Source: Octopus vulgaris (Eukaryota). Taken from it: a DNA stretch of 64,000 nt. The DNA is taken from NCBI GenBank assembly GCA_951406725.2, contig OX597814.1, positions 61,504,001 through 61,568,000 of the forward strand, given 5' to 3'. Below, piece after piece: positions 54,061 to 64,000 of this stretch (the first letter of the stretch is position 1; every line of letters starts with the position of its first letter). The notes under the pieces were generated by a model. That model saw only the letters and a list, made by a program, of their open reading frames with translations, did not search any database and was not told where the DNA came from. A program made the translations under genes and the position numbers.

Positions 54061-54998
54061 AGGGTACTTTCACCAGGCTCCTATCTGATCTGGCAGAGTT
54101 TCTACAGCTGGATGCCCTTCCTAATGCCAACAACTCCAAGACTGTAGTGGGTGCTTTTACGTGCCACTGGCATGAGGGCCAGTCAGGCAGTACTAGCAAC
54201 AGCCATGCCCAAATGGTGTTTTTATGTGCCACCTGCACAGGAGCCAGTCCAGCGACACTGGCAACGACCTTGCTCGAATGTTTTGTTCATGTGCCAGTAA
54301 GGCAACGCAGGTAATGAACACGCTCAAATGGTGCTTTTTATGTGCCACCGGCACAAAAGCCAGAGAGCTGCTCTGGCAGTGATCCCGCTCGGATGGAGCT
54401 TTCAGCGCTCCACTAGCACGGGTGCCAGTCATTGAATTTGGTTCAATTTCGATTTCACTTGCCCCAACAGGTCTTTGCAATCAGTGTTTAGTGTCCAATG
54501 AAGGAAAGTTGGCATAGGTGCCAGTCGAATTTGGTTCGATATATATATGCCTTTAATGACACACTCACAAATCACTGGAGTTTTTCTTTCATCACTACTT
54601 TAACTTTAGATTCTCTAGTGTTTGGATGTGTGGACATTTTAACCATTTATCATAGGCATCATTCCCAATAAATCCCACTGCAAAGTGAGCCTAATACAGC
54701 ATTTAATAATGTTATCAAAATGAATTTTAGAATTTATGTGTGATTTGAGTAGGTTGCATGGTTGATATAAGATCTTAATCATTCCACTTTTGTTTTCTCT
54801 CTGTGTATATATATGTTTGTATGTTGTAAACTTTTATAAGAGACCATGAACTAAATGGCTGGTTTACTTTGTTAAAAATTAGTTTAGATGAAATCATTGC
54901 TTCTTATGAGAATTATCTAACAATTTCCATGGAAACCGGTTTCTTCTTTCAAAATAATGTAATTTGCTTTTGTTATCAGTTTATTTAAATATTTATAG

Positions 54999-55058
<60 letters not shown>

Positions 55059-56358
55059 AGAGAGAGAGAGAGATGTGAGTGTGTGTGTGTTGCTTCCATA
55101 TTTTTGCTTGTAAGAGGGATACTATTGGAAATTATCTTCAATTTAATTCTGACATTGTTGATGTTTTGCTTCTAGTAAAATATTAATGCTGTCTGCATGT
55201 GTGATATAGTTCCTTGTTGCTTTATTTGTCTGTGGCTCAAAATATTTCATGTTTTTCAAGCAAACCTACATACCTGTTTTGTATCATACATGTATATATA
55301 TATATATATAATATCTATTCTGTTAAAGTGTTTTACTGGTCACTTGTTACATTTTATGAACACATTCAATAAATCAATAATATTTCTTTGGAATACTTTT
55401 TCGCTTCTATGAAATCATATTGTCAGTTTTGAACCTGTTTTCTCACTTCAGCTTTTGTTTTTATTTGATATTGTGATTCTGTCATAATGTTCATTTACTA
55501 AAGTATTCATTATTTATTTTCAGTTGTAATTAGTGTTATTGATCTTGGTCTTGTTTTTCTGCTGTTTTCAACAATGTTTAAGTTAACAGAAATAATATAA
55601 TTTTGTTCTACTTCACAACTTGTTCTTCAAATATTTTGTTTTCATAAAAACAATGTTGGATATTTCATTTTAAATAAGTGTTTTTCAGGTGTTCTTAGTT
55701 TCTCTGAATATTTTATATATTCCATGATTTGGTTTGCTAATTCTGTGTCTGCTTTATAAATTGCAATTAAAGGTTTCTATTGATTAGTTTTCTGAGGGTA
55801 TATTTAGGTTCCATGCACTTGTCTAGTTATTTTGTTAATTTTATTTTATTAATTACTTGGTTAGAAATTCTTCTGATTGGTGTATTGTAATGATTTTCTG
55901 TTCAGTGGGTCAACATGTCTTCTGTTTTCATATTTTGCTTTTTCTCTCTCTGTCTCTCCAGTCAGAAAGGATCATAGAGCTTTGATATATTCCTGAGAGA
56001 TCAAATCCTAATTCTTCAGTGACAATTTGCAGCAACTACTATATTGCTTGAAATCTGAGCAAGAAATCATCAGTGATTAATTAGAGATTTTGTCACTAAT
56101 GTCCGAGGAAAAAAAATGATTCTAGTTGTTTTATTTTGTCTTCATGTTGAATAACCATTACTAATTCACAAAGAAGACATGATAATAAAATCTCCTAGAT
56201 AATTTTTTTTGTTGCTATTGTTGATTGACATACAAAACTAATTCAAAATAGATTTTATTGACATCTTTTTAAAACTAACTTATCTAAAAAAAAAGCAGTT
56301 TAAAATTTATGAATGTTTATTTTGTTTTTCTTTTTTTTCTTCTCTTCTTAAATTTTAG

Positions 56359-56382
56359 TATACAGCCAGATGGAAGGTTTGC
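56359..56382 (+). CDS. candidate 24-nt in-frame CREB microexon, (V)YSQMEGL(P)
   Basis: Very strong U/C tract plus tttag, donor c|gtaagt, length a multiple of 3, and open in the phase-1 frame required by the flanking exons. Confidence 0.6.
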
Positions 56383-59300
56383 GTAAGTATATTCTTAAAG
56401 TGGTTTGATATGTTTGCATATAGCGTAAGTATATTCACCTCTCCAATTAGATGTGTTCCCAAAAAGTGAACTTTCACACCTTTGGAAGATTGTGGCAACA
56501 TAGCTATATCAATTCTCAGGATTTGGTCTTTGGGATTCCACTTAGCTACTGCATGAATTAGTATCAAAGCACCTTTAATTTAGGACCTATTCAGCTAACT
56601 GTAGATTGTTTAGTTATCGTCTATATTATAACAAAGTGGATAGTTTCTGATTTTATAAGAATCCAGTTCTAGGAAGACTTGTCATTCAATCTGAAACAGT
56701 TTTAGATAACATAGTTTTTTGAGGTCAGTTTGTATGAGTGATTCTGTTACTCTTTCACAATTTCATTCTTTTTCCATGTTTTATGTTGTTTTCGTAATGT
56801 CATCAAAGACTGATGATCTGTTGTTGCTTTGTTATGTATTTTATTCTTCAACCATTGTGACAATAATATGGCTTAGCTACTTTACTTTTAATAATTATTT
56901 TATTGAATACTTGATTTTTTATACACTGTGTGCAGTAGCATGGTTTAGTTGACCTATGTTTAATAGTAGTAATACTTTTTAAAACATATGAACATAACAG
57001 TTATATCTAAGCATATATAGTAATTCATGACTTATAAGTGTTTTTCTTCTTAAGGAACGCAGACATAAGAATTTAATGAAAGTTTCATTTGAGATTATTT
57101 AGAGAATTGATGTGAATTCTTGCTTGATGGTTTGCACCATCTCTCCTTTATTCTATAATATTTCCTTTTATCCAAATGTCGAGGCATCTTCAGTTTCATC
57201 TTTGAGTTTCACTTGCTGTTCCCTATTTCTCTAAAGCGTGATAGATTTATTCAGCATACAGGCATACATATAGGCATATTCAGTTTCATATTCTTTCTCA
57301 TATTTTATTTAATTTTGTTTCCTTACTTTTCTGGGGTTTTTTTTTTAAGTTAAAAAAATTGTTCTGATAAAACATTGTCAATGTTAATTATGACTGGTTA
57401 TTTAAAACGATAGATATTTACGATATACTGAGGTTTTAGTGAACTCTCCTCATCATAATTTTTTTAATTATAATTTTAATTTTCACTTTACTATGCTTGC
57501 GTAGATCAAACAGAATTCATTAATGTAGATTTTCTATGGCCAGATAACCTTGTCACCAACCCTCTCCTGTTTCCAAGTAATGTTTCTCCATGACCAGTCA
57601 TTGTAATGATGGTGATGCATGCGTAGAACCATCATGTGCTGCCAAGACAAGAAGACACATATACACACACACATACACACACACAATTGCTCACTTACAT
57701 GCACAACATACACACATGCACATATATAATGGCCTTCTTTCAGTTTTCTTCCAAATCCACTCACAAAGCTTTGGTCAGCCAGGGACAATAATAGAGAACA
57801 TTTGCCCCAGGTGCTACACAGTGGGACTGAATCCAAAGCCATGTGGTTGGAAAGCAAACTTCTTAACCACACAACTATGCCTTCACCTACCTCATGTTTC
57901 ATTTAAAAATTTATTGCAGTTAATCTCACATAGCTATATTTTTTAACTGATCACTTTCACTTTAACAACACTGTAACTTTTTTGTGTTGCACTTATTATC
58001 TTGCACATTTTTATGTATGTGGCTCTGATAAATTAGTGTTTTAAATTACTTTGAATGTTGCCTCTTTAAGGCAGATTCTGTAAGTAATCTTTTGAATTAT
58101 TTTGTTCAAAACTCCAACCTCAATGAGAGCTGTCAGTTATTATATTTCCTGTAATGTCTAATTGTTGTTGATTTGTATAATATTCACCATGTTTTCATCT
58201 ATATCATCTCTGTGTTATTTAAAAAAAAAAGCATGGAATTTTATGTAATACTATTGCATGTTAGCGCTGAAGAAATAACTTGTCAACTTCATGTTTTATA
58301 TGTAGTGTCAGAAACTGTTTGGTAAAGAGAGTTAGTGAGATAACATATTTAGATTTATATTAGGACTTTGTGACAGACTAACGTGTAAATTAATTTGTAT
58401 GCATTTACAAATTTGTACCCATTGCTAATTTAGACAAATTTTTCTTTTCCATTTTTATCAATGTACGAATACTTCATTGAAATTTTCCTCACTTGCAATG
58501 GGTTATATTTCTTGATTTGTTGGCTGTAAAAGGGTTACTGGTGAAGTGATGTAAACATTTTGTTAAGAGGGAGTAAAGTGCCTGTAATATACGTAAATTT
58601 GCTCAAACCACTCGAATCTATGTCTTTACCATGACAAAGTAAGTTGTTAAATAATCACAGTTTAACCCATTAGCATTCAAATTAATCTGTCAAATGTAAT
58701 GCTTGTTTATTCACATTCATCATCATAATCCTCTTTTAATGTCCATTGTCCATGGGTTGGATGGTATAACCAGAGCTGGCAAGCTGGGGGTGGGGGCTGC
58801 ACCAGACTACAGTCTGATTTGGCATGGTCTCTATGTCTGGATGCCCTTCCTAATGCCAACCACTTTACAGAGTGTGCTGGTATTTATTATGTGGAACTAC
58901 ACGGGTACTTTTATGTGACACCACATGGGTACTTTTACATGTCGCTGCACAGACACTTTTATGTGGCACCACATGGGCACTTTTACATGGCACTGTCACA
59001 AGTGCTTCACACCATCTGAAGGATTGGTCTTAACACTTCTTCTGCAGAGTACAGGTCTTCTTGAGTACAGCCAGACACCAGGTATCTCAATCCTTGTGTC
59101 TTGCCAGAAAGGTTCAGCTTCCTCAGGTTGTTCTTCAGTGTAGTGTTTTGAAATAATCATGTACTATCTTGTAGCTTGGAGATTTCAGTGATGTGATTGT
59201 TTAGTTTTTATATTGACATTTGTAAGATAGGTATGTCTGGCCAGATCTTTCAGTTTGAACATAAAACAAGTAGTATATTTGGGTTTGATATAGCTGGTTT

Positions 59301-61038
59301 CAAAACTAAAGGGTTAAAATTATAGCACTGACATAATACCTTCATTCTGAAGAGGCTATTAGTCTTTTGTTGAAATAAAATATTTCATCTCATTATTTTC
59401 AAAAGGCAATGTATATTTTTCTTGATTAACATAATCATGTTGCTTAAATTACAATTGTATGATTTTCAATTGTATGCATTTTTCTCAAGTTTTGCTTTAA
59501 AGTTATAATTTTTCTTTCATCAGTAGTTATTAATATATCTAGAATAAATCCATGCCCGCATGGCAAAAAGAATGTAAAAATTATAGTGATGCACATAAAT
59601 ATCTACAAGGCTTAGAATGAACTATTTTAAGATTGGTTTCTGTTTTAGTTGAAAAGAAGAATGAACTTCATTTGTTGTGTACATTGCTTTTCTATACTAG
59701 CTTGGGTTACTCAAATATATTATCTAGGCATTGTTTTACAGCTGGATGCCCTTCCTGTTGTCAACCCTTATCTGTTTTACGAGTAAAGGATCTATTATTT
59801 TATATGACTTTAAAGGCACAGAGCCAGCAGATGGTTTGTTGACAAGAGGGAGAAATGACAACAACATCACTTGCTTGTATCTTATGATTTTGGGGGAAGA
59901 TCAAATATAAACAAACACACACACACTCTTTCACAAAAGATTTCTTTCAGCTTCCATCTACTAAATCTCCTCAAGGCTTTGGTCAGCCAGTGGCTAGAAA
60001 AGACTTGATCTAGGTGCCTTGCAGTGGGACTGAACCTAAAACCATATGGTTGGGAAACAAACTTTTTAACAACCCAGCCTTGACTTCTCCTCACCATACT
60101 TGTGCCTAGCCACCACTGATAATTTTAAATTGGAAAATGGGGTTACAATTTAAATGCAGTTCATGATCACCTTTTAAAATATTTTAATATTGTACCTGTC
60201 ATTCTTGTTTGAAAAATCTCTATGAAAGTTTTAATCTCATTCAACTTCCAATGTATGGTATGTAATAACAGTAACAAAATTTTTTTTTTTTTTTGTGTTT
60301 GTCCTTGGTTGGTAGGTGTTATTTCTTATTTGCTTCTATCTAGAAATCAAAGGAAATGACTACTATTCCCTTTAAACTTTGCTTTTGTCACCTGGACACT
60401 AATGTTTTGAAACCAACCTATTTTTCATTACATTTCAGACAGATTCAGCCTTGAGTTGCTGAAGCAGAAATATTGTTATAGCAAATATTCTGTTTAATAT
60501 CACAGATTTGCAAGGCAGCGAGCTGGCAGAGATGTTAGCACATCAGGCAAAATGCTTAGTGGTATTTTGTCTGTTGTTACGTTCTGAGTTCAAATTCTCT
60601 GACCATGAGCAGGAGTAAACAGGGAGCATCTTAGCCATATGTTGACAGGGATTCTTTGGGGTTTGAATAAATGTAACAACAGTTTTGATGGAAATATTAG
60701 CTATTTTTTATATTTTCTCAAGTGTAAGCAAATAGGAAATAACAGATGCTACCCAAGGACAAAAATCATGTTATGCAGTGTAATTGGTGTGTTGCTAAGA
60801 GTGTATAATTTCTGTATCTTTTAGATCTAAATTTTGTTATACATTCTACTCCTTACCTAAGTAATAGAAAATAGCTACCAACTGCACCTCACAGTAGATT
60901 GCATCTACTTTCTGAATATCTTAATGTCTGTATTGTTAAAAGAGAAAACCCCAGAGTAAAAAGATTGCTCATAGACCTTAAGTTTAAAACTAATCTATTG
61001 TTGGTATTTTGTTGTTTCCAAGCAAAGGAGTTTGGATG

Positions 61039-61553
61039 GAATTCTGGTTTAAGCATCCCATATAATCTCTCATAACTTTTTTATATGTTTGGAAATTTTC
61101 AGAAAATTTTTTGTGAATTTTATGTGGAATTCATATGAGTAAAACAAAAAAAATTTTCTTTTTAAATTTTTCAAATCTCCCCACTCTTAGATCCTAAAAG
61201 TTCCACTCTTTTTTGGTTTTACAAGTCAGAGTTTAAAATATGGACAATCCAAATTTTTTGCTTAAATCCCAGCAATGGACCTTGGGTGTATCATCATTTC
61301 ATTAAATGTGTTTAAGGAGAGAAAAATATTAAAAAACATTAATACATGTCAGAGTAACAAAGAAACAAGTAAAGTGTCAGGCAGTCATGGGATGAGCGAA
61401 AAGTAACAGTTAAATTGCCTTTAAATCACACTCAAACAACTTTTTTGTTGCTTTTTGCATAATTGTATGAATTTGCAAAAAATTTCAGAAAATCCCCCAA
61501 AATAAAAAAATAAAAGTTATGCATGGTTATATGGGGTACTTAAACCAGAATTC
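61039..61553. mobile_element. MITE-like element with long imperfect TIRs
   Basis: gaattctggtttaag..ccatataa..cataacttt pairs with aaagttatg..ttatatgg..cttaaaccagaattc. Confidence 0.6.
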
Positions 61554-63425
61554 TATTGAAGTTTGTTCTATTCATTATTACTTTTTACTTGTTTCAATCA
61601 CTAGACTGTGGCCATGCTGGAAGACTGCTTGAAAGATTTTAGTCAGTTATGTGACTCCAGTTCTGTTTTATTTATTTATTTATTTATCTTAATAATAATT
61701 TCTAGTTTTCATACCTCAGGAGATAAAACTCAGGCATCGTTTCTTTCAAGTGATGTCAAACATTAAGGCATATACAGGCATATACACACACACACACACA
61801 AGTTTTCACAGTTTCCATCTACCAATTTCACTTACAAGGAAGTAGTTGACTTAAGACTATAGTAGAAAACACTTACCCAACAAAACATTAATTTCATTTT
61901 ACTTGATTATTGAAAATTGATACTAGATCATGTGACAATTTTCACCTGTGGTAGACTAGCATTCAGTCTGGGGAAAGAACAGTCTCTCTTTTACTTTATG
62001 CTATGAGTATCAGTCCTTTTAAAAATCCCTTCAAGGCTTAAGTTTTTCTGTTGGATTAGATTCTTTGGAAGTTTTGTCATTACAGACAATCTACAAAAAA
62101 TGTAATCCTAGATTGTATTCTCACATATATTATAAATATTCTAGCTATCAAGAAGTTCATTATTAGTAATTATCTATTTAATCCTCAGTTTGTCTATTTA
62201 AGCTGCTTGGAAATAATTAGGAATGTTTGCATCAAGATTTCAATTTTATAAATATATCTGATTATCATCCTTTTTTCTTGAGATTTGTTTTATTTCTAAT
62301 GGATTTGGTATTGCTACAAATTCTTATACTTATATGTAGCTCTTTTCTTTTTGTTGCTAGATTTCATTCATCATTTTAATTATCCAGTTGTAGGAGTGAA
62401 TGTTGTAGTTTAGTCCCAATTTGATTGAGATCTATCGTGAACCATTGTCATCCTGTCTTTTTATTCCCACAGGTTTAATGTATTTTAAAGCATCATGTTA
62501 TTCAAGATACTACTCTTCTTTTTTAAGTGCATTTAATTAAAGGTAGATTTGGCTGACATTTCTAGCAGATGAATATTGAAGTGCCTTCATTTGGTCATCA
62601 TAGTTCTTGTGTTTTCAGTTTCTTGTACTTTTCGTAAGTTTTTCTTCTTGAAGCAGCAAAACCTTATATATGGCAAAAATTTTAGCATAGATTGTTCAAA
62701 TTGTAATTTTTTAATAAGTTGCTTTTAGTATGTCAGAGACCTAATTGGTTTATTGTTATAATCTTGGAAGTACCACTATCACACCGATACTTTTGGTAGT
62801 TTCAATTAGCCATTTTTAGTTAGTAGATGAATGAGATCACCAAACCTGAGTGATTTCAATTGCCTACACTCTTGAACCAGTACATAATGAGTTAAGAAGT
62901 TTTTAAGATCTGACTAATGAATTTACCTCCAAGAGTTACTTTGAGAATTTGTATCTTCTGATTACTGTTTGCCATTGTCTCCTAGAAAATGTGTTACTGT
63001 ATGTTTTTTAAACACACACACACACACTCACAATGTCTTTTTAGAGTTTTATTCTTTGTTTTGCAAACAACTCTTTTTGTATGGAGATTTTGATTTACAG
63101 AGATTGTTTGCTTCTTTTTATTTCTCTTATGTTATGACTTTGGAAGAATATTTAGTTCTCCCTTATTGAAATGTTCATAGTGTTTCTCTCTTTATAATTC
63201 GAAAGTGAGATCATTCTCTTTCTATAGCATACATATACACACTATTTTTCAAAAATTGTTATGCTTAATTTCACACATTCAAGTTTAACTGTTTTTACTA
63301 TTTTATGTCTATTTCATTTTGCTATAAACTGAACTCGCATTTTAATGCTTCTAAAATATATATATTTACCTCTGCTATGGCAGTATGATATTACATTTTT
63401 GTTTCCTTTTTCCATTTTATTTTAG

Positions 63426-63605
63426 CATTAGTCCCATCTGGTGCCATCCAAATAACTACACATCCAGAAGGAACAGTGGCTGGTCAAGGTCTTCAAACGT
63501 TAACAATGACCAATGCAAATCCATCATCTGGTGCTGGTACAACATCTGGTACTGCCACTATTGTACAGTATGCCCAAGGTCCTGATGGACAATTTTTAAT
63601 TCCTG
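63426..63605 (+). CDS. CREB1: CREB coding exon, Q2 activation domain; bZIP exons lie outside the window
   Basis: Long pyrimidine tract plus tttag, donor g|gtaagt. Translates as (A)LVPSGAIQITTHPEGTVAGQGLQTLTMTNANPSSGAGTTSGTATIVQYAQGPDGQFLIP, with the hallmark GLQTLTMTNA and TIVQYAQ..DGQ motifs. Phase 1 to 1. Confidence 0.96.
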
Positions 63606-63621
63606 GTAAGTAATTAACTGA

Positions 63622-63967
63622 ATCCATTTCCCACAATATGATAGTAGCTGTTCTCTATTATTAAGTCCAGAATGAATTTCTTAGGAATTCTGTTTCTATT
63701 TGTATAATAAGGAAAGCAAACATTTCTAAGGGATGTTTATCTTGTTGATCTTTTTACTTACATTGATGGAAAGTGAGCCATTACCTCGTTCAGCTCTTCC
63801 TTTTAGCCATTGCTTACACATAGAATTATGTAGTTCTAAATGTTGGGGCTTTGTCACAAGCATTAACTAAATTCATTTTCCCACAGTATAATAGTAGTTC
63901 TCTATTATTAAGTCCAGAATGAATTTCTTAGGAATTCTATTTCTAGTTTTACAATAAGGAAAGCAAA
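63622..63967. repeat. direct duplication of about 100 bp just after the Q2 exon
   Basis: ttcccaca..tagtag..ttctctattattaagtccagaatgaatttcttaggaattct..aataaggaaagcaaa at about 63622-63720 and 63872-63967. Confidence 0.85.
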
Positions 63968-64000
63968 TGTAGTTGTTAGGCATGCAATTACTTCCCATAC

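Noticed and set aside
59345-59380. ctgaaga-ggct..gtct..gaaa motif
   Set aside because: GAAA is not adjacent to stem II and there are no flanking stems.

Overview
AT-rich, repeat-dense eukaryotic DNA, most likely from a coleoid cephalopod such as Octopus. That assignment is inferred from the SINE/RTE/Penelope repeat landscape and the molluscan-type protein. The only host gene I can support is a CREB1/CREM/ATF1-family transcription factor on the + strand. Four coding exons splice in frame: 25920-26090 (Q1), 27086-27168 and 30405-30538 (KID, RREILARRPSYRKILNELSS), and 63426-63605 (Q2). The bZIP exons lie beyond the window end, and no promoter is evident. The rest is intron or upstream sequence filled with RTE, CR1-like and Penelope-like retroelements, Tc1/mariner relics, MITEs, SINEs and microsatellites. 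Main leads: (i) a candidate 24-nt frame-preserving CREB microexon at 56359-56382, with a duplicated alternative donor that would introduce a stop; (ii) candidate poison, terminal and uORF exons; (iii) five minimal hammerhead-ribozyme motifs, two with intact cores and unusually long stem II, both antisense to CREB; (iv) a near-perfect intronic hairpin of about 340 nt. All calls were made by eye, with no database search.
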